This document shows, in pieces, positions 13,574 to 29,699 of a stretch of 64,000 bases of DNA. This stretch comes from Eledone cirrhosa (lineage: Eukaryota). Under the pieces are notes generated by a model, which was not told the DNA's origin, did not search any database, and saw nothing but the letters and a program-made list of their open reading frames with translations. Each line of letters opens with the position of its first letter. Position 1 is the stretch's first letter. The stretch is taken from NCBI GenBank assembly GCA_964016885.1, contig OZ024740.1, forward strand, positions 96,906,001-96,970,000, given 5' to 3'. A program made the translations under genes and the position numbers.

Positions 13574-13610
13574 TTTTAACGTTTCGGACGGTAGTACTTC
13601 ATCAGAAGAA
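13574..13610 (-). ncRNA. Degenerate minimal hammerhead, family D
   Basis: Minus strand: CTGATGA-AGTAC-TACC-GTCC-GAAAC-GTT; the downstream ~80 nt up to (TA)n is homologous to 25449-25506. Confidence 0.55.
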
Positions 13611-13693
13611 AGAATGAGAAATAAAATAGACTGAGGGGACGGGCGAGATGGAATTGGAAAAAAATGTCTTTAGATAACAATAACAGGTCCATA

Positions 13694-13818
<125 letters not shown>

Positions 13819-14913
13819 GTGCGTGCGTGTGTGAGCATATGTGTTTGCCTGCACCCTTGCACAGCCACATAATAGTATGCAGCCCCAGACTATGAGCCAG
13901 CATATCTCATTAGCGAGCACACATGCGGAGACGCAGGTATTTGTACAATACGTCCATTTGACGCTGTTTCCGAAAATACCCATAATTCGTATGATATATA
14001 TCTGAGCTCGATATGCCTCTGCGGGATTGCAGGATGATATGTATGGATATTTCATATGCCCTTCCACGACCAGACGCATCTAGTAATGTATGCCCGTCTG
14101 CCTACGTGTATCTTCTGCGTGAGTCTGTGTGGGGTGATGCATGACTATGTATATATTTACATTGTTGCATGTGTGGATGTTCATATGTCCCTGGGTGCCT
14201 GTGTACATATGTATCGTTTTATATTCTTTCATACAATATGCACTGAATAGCTATCATGCTTCTACCCACGGTGTTGTAGCAACCTCTCAAAACAATTTTT
14301 TTTCGATAAAAACTTTCTTTATAATGGTTTGTATAGACTTTTCAAACAGTAACATCATACCATAATCCTTCATTTCTTTATCTCTTTATATATATTTTCA
14401 AAAACTAACCCCATGCGATTCGCATCACTTCATGAATTCTTTATAGCCTAAATCCCATTTACCGATGACTAAACAGCTTACAAACAAGCCCCACTCTAAC
14501 ACAGAATAACCTACCTCCCTTATGACAACTCACACTTCCGTAACAAACTGATGACCAACAGAATGCCCCTATCCCTAGTACAACACCGCACTCTTTCATG
14601 TCCTATCAAGCACCGCCCTACCTCACCCACACTATATACAGCACCTCCGCCTCACCACCTACACGCTCCCCAAACCAACAACGACTGCTCCCCAAAGCCT
14701 CACGTCACTATGCTCACCCCACTACATATCACACACGGCAAAATATTCCCCATAGCAACACCACCAATCAATAAAAGTAATGAAGACTTAACAAATCGTC
14801 CTTGTATTATCATATTAGACTCTGTTTAGCCCTACATCTTGCCACTGACGTGAACCTAGACATTGAGGGCTTACCCGGGTGAACCTACAGTAACTTCACG
14901 TTACACTCCCTGG

Positions 14914-14952
<39 letters not shown>

Positions 14953-14954
14953 CG

Positions 14955-15167
14955 TAAAAACGATGTGAGAAAAACCACAGACCCTCCATCTCAACTCACC
15001 TTTTGAAAAGCAGAAGAACTGCGAAACCGGTAAAGGAACCAAATATATATATATATTTTTAAAAAAAATAGGTCTCCAGTTGCATTTTCGATTTCATCTC
15101 TTTTTCTTTATACTTTCACTCGTGTAGGACACCTCGTTAACTTTTCATTTTGTAAAAAAAACCTCAC

Positions 15168-15172
<5 letters not shown>
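14955..15172 (+). repeat. ~220-bp dispersed element between microsatellites with an HHR-like fold (14999-15036)
   Basis: Close copy at 34858-35085; CCTT-TTGAAAA-GCAG-AAGAA-CTGC-GAAA-CCGG-TA-AAGG. Confidence 0.7.
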
Positions 15173-15242
<70 letters not shown>

Positions 15243-15282
15243 TATATATATATATATATATATATTAATATATATATATATA

Positions 15283-15316
<34 letters not shown>

Positions 15317-15338
15317 TATATATATATATATATATATA

Positions 15339-15396
<58 letters not shown>

Positions 15397-15526
15397 TATA
15401 TATATATTAATATATATATATATATTTATGTATATATATATTAATATATATATATATATTTATATATATATTAATATATATATATATATTTATATATATA
15501 TATATATTAATATATATATATATATT

Positions 15527-15579
<53 letters not shown>

Positions 15580-15640
15580 ATATATTAATATATATATATA
15601 TATTTATATATATATATATTAATATATATAAATATATATA

Positions 15641-15674
<34 letters not shown>

Positions 15675-15696
15675 TATATATATATATATATATATA

Positions 15697-15732
<36 letters not shown>

Positions 15733-15791
15733 TATATATATATTAATATATATATATATATATATATTAATATATATATATATATATATAT
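15173..15791. repeat. (TA)n array repeatedly interrupted by TTAA/TTTA
   Basis: Read directly; abuts the 3' end of the PLE. Confidence 0.95.
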
Positions 15792-15949
15792 ATTAGTAAA
15801 TTTGTATTCCAATGTTACTAAGTAGTTGCATTGGATGGAGTCAAACGACGTCAGAGATTGCTCAACGTATAATAAAGTGTGTTTTAAAATCCGGAGAAAA
15901 TATGGAGAACAAGTTTATGAAATGGAAATGCGGGTATAAAGAATTTATT

Positions 15950-16066
15950 AGGTAACAATTGTTTCTATAGTGTATGGGTTACCTATACCTCGCTATTTGA
16001 ATAATATAAAAATGTTATTATACACCGAAGGTACACTGTAAGCAAACACGCCATGTCCTCAGACCT
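15950..16066 (-). ncRNA. Hammerhead-like motif with ~90-nt stem II (3' pLTR copy)
   Basis: AGGT-CTGAGGA-[90 nt]-GAAAC-AATT-GTT-ACCT. Confidence 0.55.
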
Positions 16067-16220
16067 TTGTATTGGAATGATATGAAAATATTTTATACAC
16101 TAGATAAAGGAGAAAGAAGGAGGAAGGAAGAGAAGGGGAAGAGGGAAGTGAGTAAGGTGGAGGGAGTCCTAGGATTTAAGACTGTCAGACTAGTAGAGAT
16201 TGTAAGGAGAGAATGTTTTG

Positions 16221-16855
<635 letters not shown>

Positions 16856-17047
16856 GTTCGGACAACATTTAGTTAAAGGGGTCAAAGTAGTACAGAGTTA
16901 CAGATAAGTTATTGGGGCTATTATAGTAGCAGGTTATTTCTAAAGGTGTCCAGAAAACAGTGTTTAGTACTATTATTATAGAAAGCCATATCTTGTGTAT
17001 AAACATATAAAACAGAAATTTGCAAATGGTGGTGTAAAAAGGTATCA

Positions 17048-19329
17048 TTATATGCATTTAAAGAAAGAAAAAGTCGTTTTCAAACGATGGTTACAGTATA
17101 GTGAACGTTCAATTTTGCTGTTCAAAAGTTTGTTTACCGACGTTAAAATGCAGTATATCTCCAAATTGCATAACTTGCAGAATCGATGATTTTCCTTATA
17201 TGCAGGCGCAGGTGAAATAATTTGCCAATCAAAGGAGAATGCTTGATTGTTCCTCCGGAGCTGCCAGGCTTTATCGGCGAGGGTTGTTACGGAGCGCATT
17301 TTCTCGTGCCTGATCGAAGATCGATGTTGGTATAGGCGAGCTTTGAAAGAAGTTGCGGTACATCCGACGTAATACCATTTGTTGGTTCCGGGATTTGTTG
17401 TACACCGGTAAACAATATTGCGTGCTAGGCACTGGTTATTCAGTGGGCACGTACCTGGTTTGGTGCAGTTACAATTATTTTTATGTTTTGCAGTAGAATC
17501 CTGGATAGTTTGGTGGGGTTGTAGTTGCGTGTTAGTGCGTTGTGTGTTGCTATGCTGGTGCGCTGAGTCATTAGGGATGTACTTATTTAGTATTGCTGAG
17601 TTGAGTTTTTTAATTAGTTGTTCTATGTTAGGTGCAGTGGAGTATGAGAGTCTAATGGTGCACGTGTTAAAGATTTTATAGTATTTATGTGAAGTTGTAA
17701 AGTGTTTATTGATTAGTGTATAGAATTGTGAGATAATCTTAGTGCTAATAGAAGTATTGTACACGGGGTTATACCATATGTACTCTCTACGTCTGACTCT
17801 ATTTGCTGGTTTGCACCTATTAGTATGCCTATTAATGTGTGTGTGTGGTGCAATACTAGTTCGACTTAGATGTGTTTTATTCATAGTACTTATGTGGTTA
17901 TCGTCTAGATATTCTATTTTCTCGCAGTAACCAGCTTTTCTAAGTGCGTCATTATAATATTCAGCATGCTCGTTGAAGGTCTGCAAATTAGACGACAGTC
18001 GGGAGATCCTTATGGATATATTTTTAGGGATAGATTTAATAATGGAATGGGGATGGTTCGATTTTACATTAACGTACTTGAGATTTTCATTAAGTTTGTG
18101 AAATGGCTCTATATTACCGTTATTAAGGTTGAAGGTGACATCCAAGAAGTTGACCACCTTAAGATTGTGTTCGAAGGTAATATTAAGCCCTAGTTCTAAG
18201 AAAAGTTTCCTAATGTTTTTACGTCGCCTTTCTAGGTTTTGTTTGTTCATATTCTTGACTAATAGAAGTGTATCGTCGCGGTATATTCCGCCGTGGAGGT
18301 CCGTAAATTCGCTCTGGATTATGTGGGCTATATAGATCCCAACCAGATCCGTGACCTCCGCCGAATCATTAGAACCCATCGTAATGTCGAATTCCGAGGG
18401 TCTATCTCTGCGGACCCAATAACTATTTTCGAAGTGCACTTAGTGCGTCTAGCTTCAAGTATAATATTAATTTCCTCGTTTGTGAGGTCAGAGTTATTCT
18501 TAGCGAAAGAGAGGGCCTTATGCAGGGTTTCGGGTGAAATAGAGGAATAGTATTCATCTATATCGAATTGAATAAAAGAAGATTTGTTTTTGTCCCTAAT
18601 GTTATTGAACCATCTTATTGCCTGATGAGTATTACCCCATAATTTAATATCTACCTTAGCCTTAACTTGGGGGATAATACGATCTAATATGTACTTACTG
18701 ATTCTACCTATATCGGACTTTGAAGGACATATTAATCTAATTTTAGGGTTAGTATCGAAGTTATCCTTATGGTCCTTCAGATTAAAAGTCGGTGTAGCTG
18801 GAGATAGGGGTACCGTTCTGTAGTCAATTTTCAGTTTCTTAACAATATCACATGCTGTGTTATTAATGTTGGTTAGTGTAGTTGCGTTTGTTTTTTTGTA
18901 CTTCCTATGTAATTCCTTACGTATAAAATTATTATATGTTTCTACATCCAGGGTGTATAGATTCGATGTTTTGTCTGCCTTTATGATAATTCCTTTGGTA
19001 TTCCTTAGGTTGTCGAGTAGAGTTTTAATATCTCGTTGCAGTTCGTTTTTCGTTCCGTTTGTAAATTTGATTCCGGTTATCATTTTCATTAAGTCCTGTT
19101 CGAAAGAATCCAAAAGAGGGTTAGAAGGTGGGTTTTTGTAGGATTTGAAACCAAACTTATCGTTGTTGGTGTCGGAAGTTTGTGTAGTCCTTTTCCTATC
19201 GAAGTGGAAGGCCCTCCATCTAATCCGCCGAATAAATTTGTTGGTCCTTTGTATCATACCAAGAATTTATTCTTTATTACCCTGAATGGGTATGTTTTTT
19301 AAGGACATACCACAATGATGTTTTTCCAT
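17048..19329 (-). pseudogene. PLE RT-GIY-YIG ORF (~760 aa reconstructed), two frameshifts
   Basis: ATG at 19329 (MEKHHCGMSLKNIPI); KADKT, FIQFDIDEYYSSI, ITMGS, GIYRDD, VNFLDV, CNC, IVY...YVG, CKLC; frameshifts near 19270 and 18440. Confidence 0.9.
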
Positions 19330-19536
19330 TTCAGAGACGTAGGTTGATAGGGTGCTCGACTGTAAAGGAGTGTGAAGAATTAGTAAATTTGTATTCCAAT
19401 GTTACTAAGTAGTTGCATTGGATGGAGTCAACCGACGTCAGAGATTGCTCAACGTATAATAAAGTGTGTTTTAAAATCCGGAGAAAATATGGAGAACAAG
19501 TTTATGAAATGGAAATGCGGGTATAAATAATTTATT

Positions 19537-19653
19537 AGGTAACAATTGTTTCTCTAGTGTATGGCTTACCTATACCTCGCTATTTGAATAATATAAAAAT
19601 ATTATCATAAACCGAAGGTACACTGTAAGCAAACACACCATGTCGTCAGACCT
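19537..19653 (-). ncRNA. Hammerhead-like motif with ~90-nt stem II (5' pLTR copy)
   Basis: AGGT-CTGACGA-[nested pairs TGGTGTGT/ATACACTA, GCTTAC/GTAAGC, TACCT(T)CG/CGAGGTA, ATAATAT/ATATTAT]-GAAAC-AATT-GTT-ACCT. Confidence 0.6.
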
Positions 19654-20132
19654 TTGTATTGGAATGATATGAAAATATGTTATACACTAGATAAAGGAGA
19701 AAGAAGGAGGTAGGAAGAGAAGAGGAAGAGGGAAGTGAGTAAGGTGGAGAGAGTCCTAGGATTTAAGACTGTCAGACTAGTAGAGATTGTAAGGAGAGAA
19801 TGCTTTGGCAGCAGTTAGCTTAATGAGGCGTCTTACGGTTGGCGGGGGAAGTAAATTCTTCTAGTGGGGTTGTTCGGACAAAATTTAGTTAAAGGGGTCA
19901 AAGTGGTACAGATTTACAGATAAGTTATTGGGGCTATTATAGTAGCAGGTTATTTCTAAAGGGGTCCAGAAAACAGTGTTTAGTACTATTATTATAGAAA
20001 GCCATATCTTGTGTATAAACATATAAAACAGAAATTTGCAAACGGTTGTGTAAAAATGTAACATTATATGCATTTAAAAAAAGAAAAAGTCGTTTTCAAA
20101 CGATGGTTACAGTATAGTGAACGTTCAATTTT

Positions 20133-22250
<2,118 letters not shown>

Positions 22251-22336
22251 TATATATATATATATATATTAATATATATATATATACATATATGAATATA
22301 TATATATATATATATTAATATATATATATACATATA

Positions 22337-22432
<96 letters not shown>

Positions 22433-22463
22433 AGTACATAGTGCCTGTTGAAGTATTCATCCA

Positions 22464-22513
<50 letters not shown>

Positions 22514-22535
22514 AAAAAGAAATTAAACGATGTTT

Positions 22536-22601
22536 AAAAGAGTTCCATGTATTTTATTATGCGCATTTCAGTGCCCATAATAAAATACATGGAACTTTTT
22601 T
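22536..22601. repeat. Fold-back hairpin made of the 3' half of HHR family G
   Basis: AAAAGAGTTCCATGTATTTTATTATG-CGCATTTCAGTGCC-CATAATAAAATACATGGAACTTTTT; matches 47153-47186 and 53565-53600. Confidence 0.8.
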
Positions 22602-22759
22602 AGCCATTTTTTTATTTCCTCAAGTTGTTTTTTTTATATTTGAGTGAAGTTTGGTTGGTTGATGCAGTCACGTGAATAAGTACATTAGCTTTAGCGCCAG
22701 TTTGTGTTTGAATTTCTTTTTCCTTTAATAAAAGTGTCTCACGAACGCTTTTTTTCATA

Positions 22760-23090
22760 AATTGAAATTATGACTGTCACGAGAAAAGCACATTCAATTT
22801 CGCGCCCGAATTTCGGAATTATTTTATAGCCATTTAGAGAATTTTGTGCCAAACAAAAGATAATGGTAAAGAAGAAAGGGATGGAGAGTTGTTCTGTGTA
22901 TGACTGATGTGCTGAAATGAAATTTCATTGGTTATAAATGAAATTATGACTCTCACGTGAACAAGTTCATTAAATTACGGGCCCTATTTGGGAATTTATT
23001 TTGTAGCCTTTTAGAGAATTTTGTGCCAAACAAAAGATAATGGTCAAGAGAAATGGGATGGGAGAATTCTTCTGGTTCAGTGAATATGGG
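22760..23090 (+). repeat. Diverged ~177-bp tandem duplication
   Basis: GAAATTATGACT...TTTAGAGAATTTTGTGCCAAACAAAAGATAATGGT at ~22763 and ~22940. Confidence 0.8.
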
Positions 23091-23376
23091 TGGTGCGCTG
23101 GGGTGTCAGAATTCAGACTTTCTATTGAAATAAAGAAAGTAGAGATATGTATGTTTATTTGTGTGCTTGTGTGTGTGGGTGTGCTATCTATTGAGTACGT
23201 TATTTACTGTTGTTACCCCCGATTGAACCAGGAATACACACGCAAAGACAGACACACACACACACACAGACACACACACACACACACATATTTATATATT
23301 ATGGAAAAGTAAATAACAACAACAATGTGTACAGTTACGAAAGGTGTTAGATATTACGATGACGCTTGAGAGTTGT

Positions 23377-23414
23377 GGGGGTGACGTTTCAGGCATAGGC
23401 CCTTCATCAGGAGA
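23377..23414 (-). ncRNA. Minimal hammerhead core (D-like)
   Basis: Minus strand: CTGATGA-AGGGC-CTAT-GCCT-GAAAC-GTC; loopless stem III (dimer type); stem I not evident. Confidence 0.6.
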
Positions 23415-24436
23415 ATGGTGGGAACAGAGTTCCGACAGGGTGAGAGGGGGAGTGGTGGAACACATTAGAATAACAGGAAAAAATAAAAATAAAAATCATA
23501 CACGAGTAGGACAATAAGTTGAAAATAAATAGTGAAAAGTTGTCAGGCGTGTGGAGGTTGTGGAGGTGCATGGACGAGGATGGAGAGGGAAGAAGTAAAT
23601 TGGGGTCCAAGTGGCGAGGGTGGAAGGGGGTGGATGGGGGGTTAGGTGTACGTGTGTGTGTGTAAGTGTGGATGTGAGTGTGAGAATTTGAGGGAGAACG
23701 AGGTTCTATGCTCGGGTGTTAGTAAAACCCAGTGTGTACATAGGGTGGGGTCTAAGTCTGTGTGTGTGCGTGTGGATGGAGAGGGGTCGGAAAGGATGGG
23801 GGAGAGAGGGCGTGCGGAGTCCGGAGACAGAGTGGTGTATGTGTGGATGCGCACGTGTCTGTGTGTGTTTTTGTGTAGTGTGGATAGGTGGGAATGTATG
23901 GTTGCGTGTGTGCAAAAATGGTGTAAGTGTTTGTGTGTATGTGTGTTCCTGAATTTTTTATCGGTGAGTGTCTGGACGGACGGACGGTGAAATTCCGGGT
24001 ATTATCTCTTAGATATCCTGAGAGTGTGACCAACGGTGTAGGATCAGTGGAATTGGTGACGAGGAAGTAGAAACTATAGTTGTATGGTGATATGTATTGG
24101 AATTTCGTATTTCAGAAGAAATAAGGTTTGTTAAAGTAAACATTTAGGTATTGCGATGCCAAAACACAGGGTGTGTGGAAAGATATGCTATTGGACATTA
24201 CTTCGAAATGTTGGCCTACTGTAATCAGTTAGAATGGAAAACGAAAAATCGGTGATACATCGGAACTCAATTTATTGTGTGTTATAATTGTTTCCCCGGC
24301 GAACGGCTCGAGGTGCGATCCGTGTGTGGATCTACCTGACTCTAGACTCGCAGGTTCCTCCGACACGTCTATTGATTTCGGATCATAGAGTGCTCAACTG
24401 GCATGCCACCTATGGAAGCATCTTAGCTACCATTAG

Positions 24437-24522
<86 letters not shown>

Positions 24523-25515
24523 ATATATAATACAAGTAAAGGGGATATGCTGTGTGGTTAGTAAAAACGAAGTGTTAGAAGGTGATCGGGCCGTAAACAA
24601 AGGAAGAAAGGATACCCTTCGTCAGTTGTTTACTACGGATCTTAGATGTTTCGGCGCTTAAAACAGAACATCAATGCATAGCGCCGATGGTCTTTAATCC
24701 ATCAAAATGCCATAAGGCAAAGAAGTGATAGTGAAGAGAGAGGAGAGAGGAAGAAAAAAAAGGGAGGAAGAAGAAAAAGGAAAACAGGAAAAATTAAGTA
24801 AACATACCGATAGAAGGGGGAACACAGGGCAATGACACATGTATGTAAGTAACATGTATGTAAGTAACATAAAATAGATCAAGTTATACCAGGCCGATGG
24901 TTATAAGCCCGCTGGCTGTAATGACTAAGGAGCAAGGTGATTCCGTGGCATTCTCAGTAAAGTGAGTGTAGAGAGACGACGACGGAGAAACCGGAAGTGA
25001 GAGGGGGTTGAGGTCAGAAGGGGTGAGTAAGAAGGATAGAGAGAGAGGGAGGAGAAGGGATAGGGAGTTAATCCAAAAGGGGTTTACGACGCATGTGCGA
25101 CCAGGCCGAAAACAAGCAAATTGATAGGAAGGAAGAGAGATAGAGAGAGAGAGTGTGTGAAAGAGAGAGGGAAAAGTAGGGAGTCAATCCGAGAGCGTGG
25201 AGAGACGTAAGTCCGGCCGTACAATAAGTCGAGCAAGAGAGGTAGAGGGAGGTCATAGCTGTAAATACAAAAATACAGGTAAAGAGTCTAGGCTGTGTGG
25301 TTACTAAAGACGTTATTTTTATCTAAAGTCATTTTTTCAAATTCCACTCCGCCCGTGCCTTTAATCTATCTTATTTCTCATTATTTCTACTGGTGAAAGA
25401 CTAGCGGCAGAAACGTTAAGTAGCAATTCTTGTTATTTCAAGCATTAGCCTAATATATCCCTTCCATATACTCTACCGATTGTGTTGTTATTTATGTTTA
25501 CCTTTTACACACATG

Positions 25516-25545
<30 letters not shown>

Positions 25546-25546
<1 letters not shown>

Positions 25547-26148
25547 CTATATATTTAAAGTTGTAGTTCCTGTCTGTTTGTTTTATTTGTTTGTTCACGA
25601 ACACCTCCTATTGTTTCGGAGATAGGCCCCCATATTTCAGCAAATTTCAATAATCTTAAGACACCCTAATGGGGGTAAAGCCCCCTATATTGAAACATTT
25701 GGCCAATAAATATAACAAGATTTCACGAATTTCTCCTGTTATTCTGAAACTACATTGGCCAGGGTACTTCGATAAGTATATTTCATTTTAATCAAAGGGT
25801 TCCCCGAAAGCACAAATCCCCGCTGAAAATATTTTCCCTTCGATTTATATGAAATTTAAACCATAGGCAAATGACAAGATGTGATGCCTATTCACAAACG
25901 TTTTGAATTGATATTTTGAAAAAAAATATTTACTAGAAACAAAATAAGAATATGATTTAATAATGCAATGTTGATTTGATATATTACAAAAAATGATGTT
26001 TCACAATTTTTCATGCAATACATTTTACATTGAGTAATATTGAAATGCAAAGTTTTTCTCCATAAATGATATCACTGATTTAAAATCAATCATCATTTTC
26101 TTAGAAAAAAAAATGTGTGAAATTCCTGGCCGTGGGTAATTCGGCTAG
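25546..26148 (+). mobile_element. Non-autonomous Helitron
   Basis: Starts A|TCTATATATTTAAAG and ends with GC-rich CCTGGCCGTGGGTAATTCGG-CTAG|T; no TSD. Confidence 0.7.
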
Positions 26149-26186
<38 letters not shown>

Positions 26187-26187
26187 A

Positions 26188-26262
<75 letters not shown>

Positions 26263-26626
26263 TATGGGTGTGTGTGTATGTGTAAAAAGCACTTAGCACA
26301 AGATAAAACCAAACCAGTATAAAGGACAAAACACATTATATATAAAAAGGACAAAACACATTGCACTATCTATTAGCATTAAACCAGTTAATGTACATCA
26401 TGTAGTTCGAAGCAACAGCCCGGTTTGTTCATTCATTCCATTTATCAGGAACAATTGCACCTGTTGTAGCAAATTGAATATTTAGAACACTCGTGAAATA
26501 ACTGGGATATAAATGTCGAAGCATGATAGCAAATTATCTAATAAGACAAGGTCATAACATCTCGTTTGTCTATTTCGAACTGTTATATATACATATTCAA
26601 GAACAAACGCACGTTCGCATACACAC

Positions 26627-26689
<63 letters not shown>

Positions 26690-27201
26690 AACGTTAAATT
26701 GTGTGGATACAACAATCAAATATTTTTTATAACTGATATAAAGCACTCAACAATTATTTGGAGTAAACATATGATATTAACAAATGGAAACTATATTTAT
26801 AAAACCATATTTATTTCATTATACATATTTTAAGGACACCAAGTTAAATTATGGTGCGCTTTCCTCAGACAAAATATAATATAGATCAGTTTTATAAATA
26901 AATATTGACATACCCTTAAAAATGCAACCATTACTGTTGGAAGCTCCCGGATGACTTGGCAACTATTTAGAACACTGGTTTAACCGCTTTACTTCCCTCC
27001 GAAGAAGAGATATTATCTCGAAAATTAAGGACATTTAAATAAATCTAAGGTAAAAGACTAAATGTCAACAATACATTTTGCATTTGCATTCTTTATACCT
27101 GCATTGTTTTGGCTTTATTATACATATACAAACGTTTGTATATATATATATATATAGTGACGAAACATAAGTCAATTGCATGAACTCATAATCCTTTATT
27201 T

Positions 27202-27257
27202 ACTGCTATATATATTTCGATGATAGCCATTTAATAGCTATGACCTCATCAGGCAGT
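27202..27257 (-). ncRNA. Type I hammerhead ribozyme, family A variant
   Basis: Minus strand: ACTGC-CTGATGA-GGTCATAGCTATTAAATGGCTATCATC-GAAA-TATATA-TA-GCAGT; stem II shows a compensatory change (C-G to T-A) relative to 9642. Confidence 0.85.
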
Positions 27258-27590
27258 TAGTCAGTTCTTAGATATGCCAACTCTGTGTTTATAGTGTTGA
27301 TGGTATCAGAGCCTTGGGACATATGAGCTTGTTAGGAATAATTTAATGTTGTCAGCAGGAATACTCTTAATTCTCATTGGTCAGTTTGTAGATGCTAGTA
27401 GGGGTGGTATTTGACCTCAAAGAGGCAGGTGGTGTTGTAAAGTTCAAACCGTCAGGCAAGATGACAATAGTTCCATATGACTGATTTTCACAAAAAGCAT
27501 TCCTGGTCAGATATATATTCAATTAAGGTTAATAGTATGAAATAGATACTACAGGTCATTCTTAAATTGAGGAATTTATGTGGAGTGGTG

Positions 27591-27630
<40 letters not shown>

Positions 27631-27659
27631 ACACTTTGGGAGAGTCATATTATTGTAAT

Positions 27660-27838
27660 AATTGTTTCTACCTTTTGGCACAAGGCCACCAATTGTCCCA
27701 GTGTGTTACTGGTACTTTCTTTTATCGACCCCGTATGGATGAAAGGCAAAGTTAAATTCGGCGGGATTTGAACTCAGTCCGTAAAGGGACGTAACTGTGC
27801 TGCAAAGCATGGCGTCCGAACCTCTACCAATACTGCGA
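27660..27838 (-). mobile_element. tRNA-derived SINE
   Basis: Reverse-complement core and B-box. Confidence 0.8.
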
Positions 27839-28339
27839 ATAATAATATTGCCAGAAATAATAACAGAACACACTCACTGTTTGGTTGGTTCTCGCTTCTG
27901 TATCTTTTATATCTCCACAATTAATTCATTTGGTCCTCAATGTTTATCATTGACTGATCAACGGTCAAAAATACAGATATAAACACATATATATAATCTA
28001 ACAAAGTTATTTTTTTGCACATCTGCAACATCATCATTGGTACTATTATGTTGTAATTTTAGAAGATCCCGTTAATGGTGAAAGCAGCGATTATTTGCTT
28101 AAACTTTAATCTCCTATTCTAATAAATAAATATATATATATATATGTGTATAATCTGATTTTATCTTCCATTCATATTAACAGTAACAGTGCTGCTGTCG
28201 CGATATCTCCTACTACCACTCATAATAATGATGTTGCTGCTGTTGAATTATTTCGCTAATATTGCAAGGATAAGAATTTCTAAAATGCGTAATTATTTGT
28301 TATTACGATCCCCATTCATCAACATTATTATCATCATAG

Positions 28340-28530
28340 GGTGGTGGATTGGCAGTATCGGTAGAGAGTCGGACGCCATGATTTGACACATAGATTTACG
28401 GCCCTTGCCATTCTGAGTTCAAATCCCGCCGAGGTTAACTTTGCCTTTCATCCTTACGGGGTCGATAAAATAAAGTACCAGTAATGCACTGGTAAATTGC
28501 TGGCCTTGTGCCAAAAGTAGAAACAATTAT
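28340..28530 (+). mobile_element. tRNA-derived SINE, full head
   Basis: GGTGGATTGGCAGTATCGGTAGAG...GAGTTCAAATCCCGCCGAGG...core; ATTATTATCATCA duplication on the flanks. Confidence 0.88.
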
Positions 28531-29699
28531 TATCATCATCACCATCATCATTTCTTTCACACCGGCTGACTAATCAATAAAGCCGTGCCATTTAAGCATC
28601 CATACATCACTGTTAGGAATACTATATTTATATATATATATGTGTGTATATATATGTGTGTCTGCCTGTCTGTCTGTCCGTGTGTGTGTGTATGAGCGCG
28701 TGTGTGAGTGTGTGTGTTCCTGTGTATATGTAACAGAATAGAAAATTATAACAAAATATAACGAAAGCAAGTCCTGAAATATAAACCATTGTATGACAAA
28801 TTGCAATTCACATCATCGACTTTAGAGTGATTCTGGAAGTTGGTGATTGATTAGGTTCGTGTAGTTTGCTAGAGTTTTATGACCAAACCTGTGGTCGATT
28901 CTAATTGATATATGAAATTATGTCATAGGCAAAGAGACATAGAAATTAGAGTTATTCCTTAATTGAAGTTATTGTCTTTGAGGTCCGATGTTTTGCAATA
29001 ATAACGCGATTTGATGCGTTGCTTTTATTCTGGTTATCATTTTTTTCTTTTTCTAATTTCTCACCTCTTTTTCTTCCCTGTCATGAACAATGGAAAGTGT
29101 GAGAATCGCTGTTGGATGAATTATAACCGTATATACAATACTAGTGTTCTCGGTATGACAGTCTGGGAAAGATTTGATGGGGGTGGCGTGTAGAAAAGTC
29201 AGGATGCAGACTGTATGTAGCTTAACGGGAGAAATACATTCCAACGCGGGAGAGAAAGCAACAGATCGTGGGACCTGATGCAAGAGGCTGGAGTCTTGCA
29301 TATTGTGAAATGTGCTTTCCTATCCGCTTTCAATTGGTGAGGAAAGGTGGATGAAAAATTTGAGCGGAAAGGGAGAGAGACGGGCTCTAGCTTTCCATCT
29401 TGCATAGATTAGACAAGGAGGATAGGAGACGGGTATAAATGCGTGTGGGAGGAGGAGGGGTTATTCCGGTTAGGTGGAGACATTTGGAATGAGAACATAC
29501 GTTGGATGGAGGAGGCGAATCAAAGTAGACTCATCTTAGCTTCCTGTATTGGCATGGATTGAACGAGGGTGTAGAGAATAAAAATGTGCCTGGGTGTGGG
29601 TTAGCGGATGTAATTAAGAAGGGGAAATTGAGTGTTTACTGTTAGGTGTGGCCCTAAACATTCCCCCTCACTCCTTCGTCGTAATTAGAGCATACTGGC

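Noticed and set aside
17418-18550. Antisense ORFs overlapping the PLE (also at 20096-21195)
   Set aside because: Shadow frames of the RT ORF, duplicated only because the element is duplicated.
24635-24702. Possible minus-strand hammerhead (GGCGCT/AGCGCC-GAAAC)
   Set aside because: CUGANGA is replaced by TTAAAGA plus extra bases, and stems I and III do not close cleanly.
28340-28430. tRNA gene
   Set aside because: A/B-box head continues into the SINE core; no complete cloverleaf.
28940-29690. Possible decayed PLE endonuclease region (also 24900-25260)
   Set aside because: Only vague PVS..F-like similarity; too eroded to call without a search.
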